From contig JBIOTN010000175.1 in the NCBI GenBank assembly GCA_044866005.1, positions 15,261 to 79,260 of the forward strand: a DNA stretch of 64,000 nt, given 5' to 3'. The notes beneath the pieces were generated by a model. That model did no database searches and was not told the origin of the DNA. It saw only the letters and a program-made list of their open reading frames with translations. The position numbers and the translations under genes are program-made. Positions 1 through 10,670 of the stretch are shown piece by piece (within the stretch, counting starts at the first letter, position 1; the number at the start of each line of letters is the position of its first letter). Origin of the DNA: Candidatus Rokuibacteriota bacterium (GTDB taxonomy: Bacteria; Methylomirabilota; Methylomirabilia; Rokubacteriales; DASRDR01).

Positions 1-2720
1 GGGTCGGGATCGCTTCGACGTTCCGCGCCGGACGCCTCTTCCGCGTCGCACTCGCGGTCACCGCCCTCGGCCTCGCGATCCGTCTGGGCGCCGCCGTCAC
101 CGCGCCGATCTGGTTCGACGAGGCGACGGTCGGGCTCATGGGCCGCCACGTCCTGCGGGGGGACTTCCCGTGGTTCTTCTACGGCCAGACGTTCATGGGC
201 GCGGCGGAGGCGTACCTCCACGCCATCCCCTTCGCCCTGTGGGGCGCCTCGGAGACGACCTTGCGCCTGTGGCCGGTGACCCTGTCGCTCGTCCACGCCG
301 CGCTCGTCGGCCTCCTGGCACGGCGCCTCTTCGGGATGGGGCGCTTCGCCGCCCTGCTGGCCATCGTCCCCCCGCCGTTCCTCCTCAAGTGGGCGTACGA
401 CGCCCGGCTCCACTACGACGCGATCCTCGTCTTCACGCCGCTCCTCCTCCTGCTCGGCCTCGTCGTGCTCGACGCGGCCCGGACGCCGGCCGAGCGGAGC
501 CGCGCGCTCCTGGTCTTCGCCGTCGTCGCCGGGATCGGATGGTGGATCAACCTGCTGCTCTCGCTCCTCCCCGCGGCGCTCGCGGTGGCGCTCCTCCTCG
601 TCCGGCCACGGCTGCACCCCTCGGCCTGGGCCGCGCCCCTGGGGTTCCTCGCGGGGAGCGCGCCCTTCTGGCTCTTCTCGCTGGCTCACGGTCGGCTGGC
701 CCTGGGCACGGCGCGGCTCGTCTCGGCGCCCGATCTGGCCGACCACGGGCGGGAGCTCGTCCTGCACGCCCTGCCGATCGTCCTGGGTCTCCCCGCGCGA
801 TGGCTCCCCGGCCTGCCGCGCCCCGGCCTGGCCGTGGCCGGCGTCGGCCTCGTCCTCGCCGCCGCCGTCGTGGCGCTCGGCGATCGCCGCGCCCGGGCGG
901 GCGGCCGGCTCCTCCTGGCGACGCTCGTGGCGCTGACGGTCGCCTCCGTGCTGGCCACCGAGCACGGGCGGAACCTCGCGACCGAAGACCCGCGCTACCT
1001 GCTGCCCCTGGTCGCCGTCCTGCCCGTGCTGGTGGGCGGGGCCCTGGCGCGCCTTCATCGCGTCTCGCCCGTCGTGGCCGGCGCCGCCGCGCTCCTGCTC
1101 GTCCTGTCGAACGGCGCCGGCCTCATCACGCGCTACTCGTTCCTCGTCTCGCCCGCGAGGTGGCAGGCGTACCGGCTCTCCGTGCTCGGCCCGGCGCAGC
1201 GCGTGGCCTTCATGCGCGCGCGCGGGCTTACCGCGCTCTACACCCACGACCCGGACGTCCTCACCTTCGTGAGCGGCGAGCGGGCGAGCGTCTCCCACTT
1301 TTACCTGGAGTCCTACCCACCGCTGGCGCGGCACGTGGACGGCGCCGAACGCGTCGCCTACTTCTCGCAGGACCCGCCGGCCGGCTTCGCCGAGAGCCTG
1401 ACGGCCGCCGGCATCCGGTTCGCGCGCATGCGCTCCCCGCTCGGGACCCTCTACACCGAGTTCACCCTCGAGCACGCCGACTACCGGGAGATCCCGCGAG
1501 AGCGGCTCGTCGCGACGGCCTCGGACCGTCCCCGGAGCGCCGCGCACGCCCTCGATCGCGACGCCGCGACGCGCTGGGACAGCGGCGGGCCGGCGCGCGC
1601 CGGGACGTGGTTCCAGGTCGACCTCGGGCGGATCCACCCGATCGGCATGCTGGCGTGGCTTCCGGGCGGATTCCAGGAAGTGCCCGCCGGCTTCCGCGTC
1701 GAGGCCTCGGCGGACGGCGAGGCCTGGACGACCGTCCGCGAGGCGGCGCCGTACTACGGACCGCTCTACTGGTCCGGCGCCCATCCCCTGGGCCGCGTCC
1801 GGTGGGGCCGCGTCGAGGTGCGCTTTCCGAGCATATGGGCCCGCCATCTCAGGATCACGCACCTGGGCGAGCAGCAGCGCTTCCCCTGGAGCATCCGCGA
1901 GCTCTCCGTCTACGAGGCCCTGCCCGCGCTCACCGCGGTCCGGCCCGCCGACGTCGGCGCGACCGCCGCCGCGCTCCGTCGCGCCGGGATCGAGCGCGTC
2001 TACGCCGACCACGGCGTGGGCGCCCGGCTCGCGGCGGCCGCCGGGCAGGCCCTCGCCCTCCAGCCGGCGAACCTTCGCGTCGACGCCTACGGCTGGAGTC
2101 CCGCGCCGAACGAGCTGCCGCTCTTCCGGCCGCACGCCGACACGGCCCTCGTCCACCCCGTCGGGCTCGCCTCGGCCGAGTCGATCCAGGCCATGCTCCG
2201 GGACGCGGGCTGGACCTTCGCCGTCGAGGAGGTCGGCGGCCACCGGATCCTGAGCCGCTTCACGCCCGGCGCGCTGCCGGCGGGTGGCAGCGCCCCGCGC
2301 ATCGCCCGGGTCGTCGCGTCGACCGCCGGGGCCGACGCCGCGGCCGTCCTCGACGGGCAGCCCGCGACCCGGTGGACCACCGCCGGACCGCAGCGCCCGG
2401 GCGCCTGGCTGCGGGTCGAGCTCGCGGAGCCGGCCCGGGTCGCGGGGCTCGTGCTCGAGCTCGGCCCGTTCCGCACCGACTATCCCCGGGGCCTGGTGGT
2501 CGAGAGCTCGGCGGACGGCCTCGGCTGGGACCCCGTGCGCGCCGACCTCCTGCTGCTCGGGCCGCTCCGGTGGACGGGCACGCACCTCCTCCGGGACGGG
2601 GTCGATCGCGTGCTCCTGCGCTTCGTGCCGCGACGGACCCGCGCGCTCCGGCTGACCTTGACGGGCCAGGATCCGGTTTTCGACTGGTCGGTCGCGGAGC
2701 TCCGGCTCTTCGGCGGCTGA
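1..2720 (+). CDS. GT-C/ArnT-PMT-like multi-pass membrane glycosyltransferase with two C-terminal discoidin (F5/8 type C) domains; 5'-partial
   Basis: The frame is open from base 3 (..[13 protein letters not shown]), giving the early DE motif typical of GT-C folds. About 10 hydrophobic helices follow, then two discoidin signatures ([31 protein letters not shown]). Confidence 0.7.
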   Translation, partial: VGIASTFRAGRLFRVALAVTALGLAIRLGAAVTAPIWFDEATVGLMGRHVLRGDFPWFFYGQTFMGAAEAYLHAIPFALWGASETTLRLWPVTLSLVHAALVGLLARRLFGMGRFAALLAIVPPPFLLKWAYDARLHYDAILVFTPLLLLLGLVVLDAARTPAERSRALLVFAVVAGIGWWINLLLSLLPAALAVALLLVRPRLHPSAWAAPLGFLAGSAPFWLFSLAHGRLALGTARLVSAPDLADHGRELVLHALPIVLGLPARWLPGLPRPGLAVAGVGLVLAAAVVALGDRRARAGGRLLLATLVALTVASVLATEHGRNLATEDPRYLLPLVAVLPVLVGGALARLHRVSPVVAGAAALLLVLSNGAGLITRYSFLVSPARWQAYRLSVLGPAQRVAFMRARGLTALYTHDPDVLTFVSGERASVSHFYLESYPPLARHVDGAERVAYFSQDPPAGFAESLTAAGIRFARMRSPLGTLYTEFTLEHADYREIPRERLVATASDRPRSAAHALDRDAATRWDSGGPARAGTWFQVDLGRIHPIGMLAWLPGGFQEVPAGFRVEASADGEAWTTVREAAPYYGPLYWSGAHPLGRVRWGRVEVRFPSIWARHLRITHLGEQQRFPWSIRELSVYEALPALTAVRPADVGATAAALRRAGIERVYADHGVGARLAAAAGQALALQPANLRVDAYGWSPAPNELPLFRPHADTALVHPVGLASAESIQAMLRDAGWTFAVEEVGGHRILSRFTPGALPAGGSAPRIARVVASTAGADAAAVLDGQPATRWTTAGPQRPGAWLRVELAEPARVAGLVLELGPFRTDYPRGLVVESSADGLGWDPVRADLLLLGPLRWTGTHLLRDGVDRVLLRFVPRRTRALRLTLTGQDPVFDWSVAELRLFGG

Positions 2721-2806
2721 ACGCCCCGCGCCCGCACGACCCGTCGGCGAAGCCTGAGGCCCGGACACGCTGCCGTTTTCCGGCCGCCGGCCCGCCCGGG
2801 GGCCGC

Positions 2807-2815
2807 TGGTATAAT
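2807..2815 (+). promoter_or_regulatory. Extended -10 promoter element (TGGTATAAT)
   Basis: Perfect TGnTATAAT in a very GC-rich intergenic gap, 6 nt before an in-frame GTG at 2822. Confidence 0.65.
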
Positions 2816-2821
2816 GCCCCG

Positions 2822-4261
2822 GTGGACGCGGGACCTTCCATGCGGCTGTCCGTCGTCGTGCCGGTCTACAACGAGCGGCTCACGCTGCCCGAGATCCTCG
2901 AGCGGATCCAGGCGGTCACGATCCCCAAGGAGATCGTGATCGTCGACGACGGCTCCACGGACGGGACCCGCGAGATGCTCCGGCAGCTCGAGGCCGAGCT
3001 CGATGCGGCCCGGCGGGCCGGCACGTTCGACGAGAAGAACGAGATCCGGGTCTTCTACCAGGAGACGAACCAGGGAAAGGGCGCGGCGCTTCGCCGGGGG
3101 TTTGCCGAGGCGCGGGGCGACATCGTCCTGGTGCAGGACGCCGACCTCGAGTACGACCCCCGCGAATATCCCAAGCTCATCGCCCCCATCCTCGACGGCA
3201 AGGCCGACGCGGTCTACGGCTCCCGCTTCATGGGCTTTCCCCGCCGGGTCCTCTTCTTCTGGCACCACCTGGCCAACAAGTTCCTCACGCTCGCCTCGAA
3301 CGTGGCCACCAACCTGAACCTGACCGACATGGAGACGGGCTACAAGGCCTTCCGGGCGGACATCATCAAGAGCATTCCGATCCGCTCGAACCGGTTCGGG
3401 GTCGAGCCCGAGGTGACGGCGAAGCTCGCGAAGCTGCGCGCCCGGATCTACGAGGTCCCCATCTCGTACGCCGGCCGCGGGTACTGGGAAGGGAAGAAGA
3501 TCCGCTGGACCGACGGCGTGGCGGCGCTCTGGACCATCCTGAAGTACGTGGTCGTGGACGACCAGGACAACGCCGACCCGGGATACCAGACGCTCCTGCG
3601 CCTGGGGCGCGCCGAGCGCTACAACCGCTGGATGTTCGGCCAGCTCCAGCCCTACCTGGGGCAGCGGGTCCTGGAGATCGGCGCGGGGATCGGGACCCTG
3701 ACCCGCTACCTGGTCGGGCGCGACCTCGTCCTCGTCAGCGAGCTGAACCCGCGCTACGTGCGGATCCTGGCCAACACCTTCGAGCGCCACACGCGCGTCC
3801 ACGTGCTGCCGCTGGACCTCGAAGGCTTCGACCCCGCGGCGCTGCGGACCCACCGGCTCGACACCATCGTCTGCCTCAACGTCCTCGAGCACGTGCAGGA
3901 CGACCGCGGGGCGCTCCGGCGGCTCCACGAGAGCCTGGTCCCGGGCGGGCGGCTCGTGCTCCTCGTGCCGGCGCACCGGCGGCTCCACGGCGCCATCGAC
4001 GAGGCGCTCGGTCACCACCGGCGCTACGAGCGGGCGGAGCTCGCGGCCCGGCTTCAGGAGGCCGGCTTCCAGGTCGAGCGCCTCGCCTTCTTCAACCGGC
4101 TCGGCGTGCTGGGCTGGTACCTGAACAGCGTCCTGCTGCGCCGGAGCCGCGTCCCGGGACTCCAGGTGCGGCTCCAGAACCTGCTCGTCCCGGTCCTGCG
4201 CGCCGAGGGGGCCCTCTCGCTGCCCTTCGGCCTCTCCCTGATCGGCGTGGGGCGGACGTAG
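2822..4261 (+). CDS. GT2 (DPM1-like) glycosyltransferase fused to a class I SAM methyltransferase
   Basis: GT2 motifs [17 protein letters not shown] and QDADLEYDP; methyltransferase motifs VLEIGAGIG and NVLEHV in the C-terminal half. Start is GTG 2822 or ATG 2840. Confidence 0.9.
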   Translation: MDAGPSMRLSVVVPVYNERLTLPEILERIQAVTIPKEIVIVDDGSTDGTREMLRQLEAELDAARRAGTFDEKNEIRVFYQETNQGKGAALRRGFAEARGDIVLVQDADLEYDPREYPKLIAPILDGKADAVYGSRFMGFPRRVLFFWHHLANKFLTLASNVATNLNLTDMETGYKAFRADIIKSIPIRSNRFGVEPEVTAKLAKLRARIYEVPISYAGRGYWEGKKIRWTDGVAALWTILKYVVVDDQDNADPGYQTLLRLGRAERYNRWMFGQLQPYLGQRVLEIGAGIGTLTRYLVGRDLVLVSELNPRYVRILANTFERHTRVHVLPLDLEGFDPAALRTHRLDTIVCLNVLEHVQDDRGALRRLHESLVPGGRLVLLVPAHRRLHGAIDEALGHHRRYERAELAARLQEAGFQVERLAFFNRLGVLGWYLNSVLLRRSRVPGLQVRLQNLLVPVLRAEGALSLPFGLSLIGVGRT

Positions 4262-4265
4262 CGGC

Positions 4266-4955
4266 GTGGCCTCCCCGCTCGCGCACGGGCTGGCCGGGGC
4301 CGTCGTGTACGCCGCGCTCACGCCGCGCAGCGCGACGGCGTGGGACTGGCGGCCCTGGGCGCTCGCGGCGTTCGCGGGGGCGGCGGCGGACCTGGACTTC
4401 CTGCCGGGCCTGGTCGTCGGCCATCCCAACCGCTACCACCACTGGGCCACGCACAGCCTGCTCGCCGCCGTCGCCTTCGCCCTGGTCGTGGGCGCCGTGG
4501 CGTCCCCGGCGCTCGGCTCGCTCCGCCGCCGGGCGAGCGTGCTCGGCCTCGCCTACCTCTCGCACCTCGGGCTCGACGTCCTCACCGCGCACGTGCGGGT
4601 CCAGGGCATCCCGCTCTTCTGGCCGCTCTCCGACCGCGTCTTCATCGCGCCGGTCAGCGTCTTCTGGCACGTCCGGCACGGCCACGGCTGGGCGGCCTTC
4701 GTGAACTGGCACAACGTGGGGGCGGTCCTCCTCGAAGCGCTCCTCGTCGGCATCCCCGTCGCCCTCGTCCTCGCCTGGCGCGCCATGCGCGAGACCCGCG
4801 ACGCAACAGCGCCGGCTTTCCCCGGGGGGAGGCAGGCCCGATCCGTTCGCCGCCACGGCCGGGACTCCGTCCCGGCCGCCAATCGATCAGAACGGCCGCG
4901 GCTCAGGCCCGGAGGGCCGTCGGAGGGGGGCAACGCCCCCCTCCGAAGCGTATGA
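4266..4955 (+). CDS. Membrane metal-dependent hydrolase (YdjM/DUF457-like)
   Basis: Motifs H..(A)DLD, HHWATHS and SHLGLD within hydrophobic helices. Confidence 0.75.
   Translation: MASPLAHGLAGAVVYAALTPRSATAWDWRPWALAAFAGAAADLDFLPGLVVGHPNRYHHWATHSLLAAVAFALVVGAVASPALGSLRRRASVLGLAYLSHLGLDVLTAHVRVQGIPLFWPLSDRVFIAPVSVFWHVRHGHGWAAFVNWHNVGAVLLEALLVGIPVALVLAWRAMRETRDATAPAFPGGRQARSVRRHGRDSVPAANRSERPRLRPGGPSEGGNAPLRSV
4911..4946 (-). repeat. Partial REP-like repeat copy (hairpin 1 only)
   Basis: TCGGAGGGGGGC-AAC-GCCCCCCTCCGA palindrome with the same ends as the other family members. Confidence 0.55.
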
Positions 4956-5920
4956 GGCGCTGGAAGCTCTGGCTCGGGATCGCGGTGAGCGCGGGGCTCC
5001 TCTACCTCGCCGGGCGCGGGGTCGAGCTGGAGGAGCTCCAGCGCTCGCTCGGCGAGGTCCGGACGGCGTGGCTCGTCCCGGTGCTCGCCAGCATCCTTGT
5101 CCGCTTCTGGCTCACGGCGCTGCGCTGGCGGATGCTCCTCCGGCCGATCAAGGCGATCGCGGTGCACCGGCTCTTCGGCGTCACCATGATCGGCTTCATG
5201 GCGAACAACGTGCTGCCGGCGCGCATGGGCGAGTTCGTCCGGGCCTACGCGCTCGGGAAGTCGGAGTCGCTCTCCAAGTCGCTCTCGTTCGCCACCATCG
5301 TCCTGGAGCGCGTGTTCGACGGCTTCACGCTGCTCGCCTTCCTCCTGGTCGGCGTCCTCGCCCGCCGGCCGGAGCCCTGGCTCGTCTGGTCGGCGGTCGG
5401 CTCCTTCTGCCTCTACCTGGGCGTGCTGGGCGGACTGCTCTGGTTACGGCACGGGCGCGGCCTCGGCGCGCTGCTGGCGTGGCTGCCGGAGGCCCTCCGC
5501 CGCCGGGCGGCCGGGCCCCTCGATTCGTTCACGCTCGGGCTCGACGTCTTGAACGACGGCCGGGCGCTCGGGCTCGTGGCCCTGCTCTCGCTCGGGATCT
5601 GGCTCGTCAACGTCGCGGGCTTCTACGCGATGTTCCTGGCCTTCTCGCTGGATCTCCCGCTCGACGCGGCGTTCCTCGTCCTCGCCATCATCGCGGTCGC
5701 GCTGGTCATCCCCTCGACGCCCGGCTACGTGGGGCCCTTCCAGGCGGGAACGGTGCTCGGGCTCGCCCTCTTCGCGGTGCCGAAGGCCACGGCGCTGTCG
5801 CTCTCCATCGTCTACCACGCCGTCAACTACGTCCCCATCACCCTCATCGGTCTCGCCTACCTGGGGGTCATGAACCTGACGCTCGGCGAGCTCCGCGCGG
5901 CGGGGGAGAAGGTCTCGTGA
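4952..5920 (+). CDS. Lysylphosphatidylglycerol-synthase TM / flippase-like protein (YbhN/AglD2 family)
   Basis: ALRWR, GFMANNVLPARMGEFVRA, ERVFD and PSTPGYVG motifs; the ATG overlaps the upstream TGA. Confidence 0.85.
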   Translation: MRRWKLWLGIAVSAGLLYLAGRGVELEELQRSLGEVRTAWLVPVLASILVRFWLTALRWRMLLRPIKAIAVHRLFGVTMIGFMANNVLPARMGEFVRAYALGKSESLSKSLSFATIVLERVFDGFTLLAFLLVGVLARRPEPWLVWSAVGSFCLYLGVLGGLLWLRHGRGLGALLAWLPEALRRRAAGPLDSFTLGLDVLNDGRALGLVALLSLGIWLVNVAGFYAMFLAFSLDLPLDAAFLVLAIIAVALVIPSTPGYVGPFQAGTVLGLALFAVPKATALSLSIVYHAVNYVPITLIGLAYLGVMNLTLGELRAAGEKVS

Positions 5921-6906
5921 GCGGGCCGGCGGGACGGCCGCCGGACGTGGCCGGCATGGTGTCGATCGTCGTCCCCGTCTACAACGAGGCGCAGAACGTC
6001 GGCCCGTTGCTGGAGAGCGTGCGCGACGTGCTCGACGGGCTCGGCCGCCCCTGGGAGCTGATCGTCGTGGACGACGGCTCGACCGACGACACGGCGGCGC
6101 GGCTGCGGGAGCTGACGGCGCGGGTGCCGGCGCTCCGGGTGGTGCGCCTGCGGTCGAACTTCGGGCAGTCGGCCGCGCTGGCGGCGGGATTCGACCTGGC
6201 GCGGGGCGAATTCGTCGTCACGATGGACGGGGACCGCCAGAACGACCCGGCCGACATCCCGCGGCTCCTGGACGAGCTCAAGGACGGCTACGACGTCGTG
6301 AGCGGATGGCGGCGGGAGCGGCGAGACCCCTTCTGGTCGCGGCGCGTCCCCTCCCGCCTGGCGAACGCGCTCATCTCCTGGATCACCGGGGTGCGCCTCC
6401 ACGACTACGGCTGCGCGCTCAAGGTCTACCGGCGCGAGATCCTCCGCGACATCCAGCTCTACGGGGAGATGCACCGGTTCCTCCCCGCGCTCGCCCGCTG
6501 GGTGGGCGCGACGGTCGGCGAGGTTCCCGTCACGCACTGGCCGCGACGGAGCGGCGTCTCGAAGTACGGGATCGGACGGACGGTCCGCGTGCTGCTCGAT
6601 CTCCTGACCGTGAAGTTCCTGATGAGCTACTGGACGCGACCGATCCAGATCTTCGGCCTCCTGGGCCTCGCGGTGGGCGGGAGCGGGATGCTGCTGGCCG
6701 TGGTCCTCTCGTATCAAAGGATCGTCCAGGGCGTGCCGCTGGCGAACCGGCCGATCCTGCTGCTGGCCGTGCTGCTCGTCGTCGTGGGCGCGCAGTTCGT
6801 GGGCATCGGCCTTCTCGGAGAGATGATGGTCCGCACCTATCACGAGTCCCAGCGGAAGCCCGTCTACAGCGTGCGAGAGATCGTCTCCGGCGAGGACCGC
6901 CCGTGA
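5917..6906 (+). CDS. ArnC-like polyprenyl-phosphate glycosyltransferase (GT2)
   Basis: SIVVPVYNE, NFGQSAA, MDGDRQNDP and HDYGCALK motifs; two C-terminal TM helices. Confidence 0.9.
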   Translation: MSGPAGRPPDVAGMVSIVVPVYNEAQNVGPLLESVRDVLDGLGRPWELIVVDDGSTDDTAARLRELTARVPALRVVRLRSNFGQSAALAAGFDLARGEFVVTMDGDRQNDPADIPRLLDELKDGYDVVSGWRRERRDPFWSRRVPSRLANALISWITGVRLHDYGCALKVYRREILRDIQLYGEMHRFLPALARWVGATVGEVPVTHWPRRSGVSKYGIGRTVRVLLDLLTVKFLMSYWTRPIQIFGLLGLAVGGSGMLLAVVLSYQRIVQGVPLANRPILLLAVLLVVVGAQFVGIGLLGEMMVRTYHESQRKPVYSVREIVSGEDRP

Positions 6907-7682
6907 AGACCGGGCCTGCCGGCCGGACGGGGGCGCGCGGCCTCCTCCTCCTGGCCGTCGTGCTGGCCCTCGCCGCCTGCGGCGGCAGCAGCAGCAAGAC
7001 GACGGGGCCCAATGCCCCGACGAGCTTCAACTTCGGGTCGAACGATCCCCGGCGCGCCACCGCCTTCGGGGACAGCATCACGGTCGGCGTCCTCGACCTG
7101 CGGGTCCGGGGGAACCTCACCACGAGCAGCAACTACCCCGCCGTCCTCCAGGGGATGCTCCAGGGCCTGGACCCCGCCTGGCGCGTCGTCAACCGGGGCG
7201 TGGGCGGCGAGCGGACGGCGGGCGGGTTTCGGCGGTTTTCCAGCGTGCTGGCCGCCGACCACCCGGGGTTCGTGCTCATCATGGAAGGGACGAACGACGC
7301 CTCGGAGGAGGACGATCCCGCCTTCATCGCCGCGAACCTCGACGCGATGGTGGGGCAGGCGCAGGACAATCACACGATCCCGATCCTCGGCACGATCCCG
7401 CCGAACTTCCGGAACGATCCGCAGGCCCGCGCGATCATCGACGAGGCGAACGTGCTCATCCGGAACATCGCGCAGGCGCGCGGCATCGTCCTCGCGGAGA
7501 TCTTCAACGGGATGAACGATCGCACGCTCTTCGGCATCGCGCCCGACCGGGACCCCATCCACCCCAACGAGCGCGGCTACGGGGTCATGGCGGGCATCTG
7601 GTTCAGTGCGATGCGGCAGGCCATCCCGCCGTCGGCGGCGCCGCCGCCCATGGCCCAGAAGCAGCGTCGGGCCCGGCGGTAG
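6903..7682 (+). CDS. SGNH/GDSL hydrolase lipoprotein
   Basis: Lipobox LAAC; blocks FGDSIT, NRGVGG, GTND and DPIHPN. Confidence 0.9.
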   Translation: MKTGPAGRTGARGLLLLAVVLALAACGGSSSKTTGPNAPTSFNFGSNDPRRATAFGDSITVGVLDLRVRGNLTTSSNYPAVLQGMLQGLDPAWRVVNRGVGGERTAGGFRRFSSVLAADHPGFVLIMEGTNDASEEDDPAFIAANLDAMVGQAQDNHTIPILGTIPPNFRNDPQARAIIDEANVLIRNIAQARGIVLAEIFNGMNDRTLFGIAPDRDPIHPNERGYGVMAGIWFSAMRQAIPPSAAPPPMAQKQRRARR

Positions 7683-7699
7683 GTCTTCAGCCGCAGCCC

Positions 7700-8335
7700 T
7701 CGACCCCGAACGCCACGCTGGTCGACACAACCGACGGGACGCGAAGCCTACTCACTGACGCCATCGACTCCACGCTCGCGCTGACGGACGCGGGCGCCGC
7801 CGTCGCGACCGAGTACACCTACGAGCCCTTCGGCGCCACCACGGTGACGGGCGCACCTTCGACGAGCCCGGCCCAGTTCACCGGCCGCGAGGACGACGGG
7901 ACCGGGCTCTACTACTATCGGGCCCGGTACTACCACCCTTCCCTGCAACGATTCGTCAGCGAGGATTCCCATGTGGTCCCGGTGTACTGGGTGTGTTCTG
8001 GCGGACCCGATGTCGGGGGGCGCGTCCGGGTTCTTGTCTCAAACGATCCACGGGAGTTCAATCTGTACATGTACGCATTGAACAGTCCCACCGGCTTCGT
8101 GGATCGCCACGGCCTTCAGGCAACGCGTCCCTGGGACACGTGTCGACCGTGTCCAGCCGTGCCGAACTGCACCCTATTCGAGGTCTCAGAGTTCAGCCTA
8201 CCGGTCGCGCCCGGCATACCCTTCTTCAACTACTGGCGGCTGTGCGTCTACGGCTGTTGGGAGCGAAAGAGGGGCATCTACAAGCACGAAGAGCCGATCC
8301 TCTGCGGAGTCGGACCGACTCCCCTGCAGCCTTGA
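7700..8335 (+). pseudogene. Orphan Rhs repeat-associated core with a short Cys-rich C-terminal domain; no N-terminal Rhs body
   Basis: In-frame LTDAIDSTLALTD..EYTYEPFG..FTGREDDGTGLYYYRARYYHPSLQRFVSED..NLYMYALNSPTGFVDRHGL, followed by a 72-aa tail. The left boundary is approximate. Confidence 0.85.
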
Positions 8336-8369
8336 GGCGGCGGCTCTGGCAAGCGGCAGAGGGCAAACA

Positions 8370-9335
8370 ATGAGGCGTGTTAAGCAGACCGCGACCGTCC
8401 TGCTTGCAGGAATCGGAATGTGGTGGGTGGCTGGGCATGCCACAGCATCTTCTGATGACCTTCTCTCCTGCAAGATGGCGCAGAAGGTGCCACCGGTTCA
8501 CTGGATCCCCCTGAACAGGGGAGATCACCTGCAACTCGGTCCCTATGACGCCCTGCTGACCTGCCGCGGGTCGCATGCTGTGTTCCGAGCAACGCGACCG
8601 TTTGGTCTTCGCATAGCTTGGGAGCAAGACGGGACCTCGGTGATCGGCACGATCGGTGAAGAGCATTTCGTGACGGTCCGAGCCATTCCCGGGGAGTCTC
8701 GGCCAGGCGTCCAGATCGAAGTGCTGGACGTCGTAGGCCAGGTCTTCTATTCCCGCGATCGACGAGAGATTCGTCGGGCTTTGGTGGCGGAATCCCGGAG
8801 TGGGCCCTTTAACGAGGATAGTGAAGGCGAGGACAGGCGCTACGAAGACCTGGTGCAGCTCGGGTGGCGAACCCTGTCGATGAACGACAGGCTCGGCCCG
8901 TGGGACATGATTTGGACGCAGGCTGATGGCAGGCTCGAGGTCGAATTTGAGGGCCCAAATAACCGGATCGGCGTCTACAACGACGTGCTTGATGGACAGG
9001 CTCGCCCCACTGGCAAGGTGCGATTCCGCCCCAACGAATTCTGGGTCGTGGTACCGGGCTATTTCTCTGACGCCAGGGTGAACAAGATCATCGGCGAGGT
9101 GTGGATCGCCACCGATCGCGCAAGGGTGGAGAGCTTCTTCCAGAAGTATCGGACCCATCACCTTTGGAGCCAATTCCCCAGCCCAGCCGAGAAGCGGGCC
9201 TGGTACTCAGAGTTGGAAGAGAGGCGGAAGCTAGACCCCGGCGGCGCTTACCAGGTATGGCAGCAGGTCCTCAAGGAGTCCGAGAAGGCGAAACGAGAGT
9301 GGGAGCGGATGCTCAGGAGCGATGTGCTGGAATGA
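8370..9335 (+). CDS. Secreted protein of unknown function (candidate immunity or accessory protein)
   Basis: 321-aa ORF with a signal peptide and lower GC, directly after the Rhs C-terminus. Confidence 0.6.
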   Translation: MRRVKQTATVLLAGIGMWWVAGHATASSDDLLSCKMAQKVPPVHWIPLNRGDHLQLGPYDALLTCRGSHAVFRATRPFGLRIAWEQDGTSVIGTIGEEHFVTVRAIPGESRPGVQIEVLDVVGQVFYSRDRREIRRALVAESRSGPFNEDSEGEDRRYEDLVQLGWRTLSMNDRLGPWDMIWTQADGRLEVEFEGPNNRIGVYNDVLDGQARPTGKVRFRPNEFWVVVPGYFSDARVNKIIGEVWIATDRARVESFFQKYRTHHLWSQFPSPAEKRAWYSELEERRKLDPGGAYQVWQQVLKESEKAKREWERMLRSDVLE

Positions 9336-9830
9336 GCCGCCTCAGGTGACGGCCCCCGGACGGCCCTCACCCTCGAACCTGTGCAGCACGGTAAGTGCGC
9401 TTCGGGGCCGTCGGGCCGCCCGTAGATTCCGGGGGTTAGGCTGCACACGCCCCCGCGCTTTATCTTGCGCTACACGTTGCGAACATCCTGACCGGGCTGG
9501 TAGCTGAAGTCGAACGCGTCCAGCCCTTTGACAAAGGGGAAGCGGGCGAGGTGGGGGTCGGCGCGGAGCTACGGGTCAGGAGCTGGCGATGCCTGGCTGT
9601 CCGTATCTGCCGTTACTACGTGCCGGCGCGAAGTCCTATGACTCCGTGTGAGTTCTACAGAAACTTGATGCTTTCCCAAACCCCCCAAGAGGCCCCGGCA
9701 GGTGCCGAATGTGGTTTCGAGCTCGCTCGTTTCCAGGGGAGGTAACTGGCCGTAAGGAGCCACACTAATCCGAGTCGCGTAGACAGTCCGCTTGTACCCA
9801 AGCAAGGGTGTGGGACTGGCACCGCCTTGA

Positions 9831-10038
9831 CCGGACGGCTCGCAGGTCCACTATGTGCGGATCTCGGGGAGCGACGCGACGCCGGGCAGCAACGTCTTCG
9901 AGCACACCAGTAGCCCCACCCGCTTCTACAAGTCCCGGATCGCGTGGAATCCCGCCGACGCCGCCTGGAACCTCACGCTCAAGGACGGGACGGTCTACGT
10001 CCACGGCGATGTCGCCCCGCTCCAGGCGATCCGGGACC
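9831..10038 (+). pseudogene. Internal fragment of an Rhs/YD-repeat protein N-terminal region
   Basis: PDGSQVHYVRISG..FEHTSSPTRFYKSRIAWN..WNLTLKDGTVY..APLQAIRD, preceded by a stop and with no proper start. Confidence 0.6.
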
Positions 10039-10137
10039 TGCGCCGCGGACCAGCGGATGACCTTCGGCCTGCCTGAAAATCCCTTAGCACCTGTCCCCCT
10101 CCGGCGCCGGACACGGGGAGCCGTACGGAGGGGACAG

Positions 10138-10670
10138 ATGCCTCGCAAGAAGGCGACACGATCCGAGGGGACCGGGGGAACGCTCGCTCGGGCGGCCCGG
10201 TCGCCGTGGCCCCTGGAAGTCCGACTGCGGGTGGCCCGGGCGGTGGTCGAGGAGGGGCTCGCCTTGGCGACGGTGGCGCGCGCCTGCGGCGTCAGTGCGA
10301 AGACGGCGATCCTGTGGGTGCGTCGGTATCGGGCACGCGGGGTGGACGGGTTGCTCCCGGTGACGGCGCCGCCGGTTCCCGCGACGGGGGCCGAGGCGCG
10401 ACGGGAGGCCGTGGTGGGGATCCGGCGGGCGCATCCCGAGGTGGGGACGCGCCGGATCCGAGATATCCTCGAGCGGTTTCACGCCTGGGCGTGTCGGAGC
10501 GGACGGTGCGGCGGATTCTGCACGCGGAGGGCCTGAGCGCGCCGCCGGCCCCGCCGCGGGCGAAGGCCCGGCCGGCCGAGCGGCGGTTTGAGCGGGCGGA
10601 GGCGAATCAGCTCTGGCAATCGGATCTCTTCACGTTTCTGCTGCGGCGGCACGAGCGGGTCTACCTGGCC
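10138..10670 (+). mobile_element. IS481-like transposase remnant (frameshifted and truncated)
   Basis: HTH (VARACGVSAKTAILWVRRY), GTRRIRDIL, a frameshift near 10480 into VSERTVRRIL..RFERAEANQLWQSD; the sequence ends before the DDE core is complete. Confidence 0.8.

Noticed and set aside
9336..9830. tRNA, ncRNA or integration site in the low-GC gap
   Set aside because: No cloverleaf, T-loop/CCA or att-like duplication could be identified by eye.
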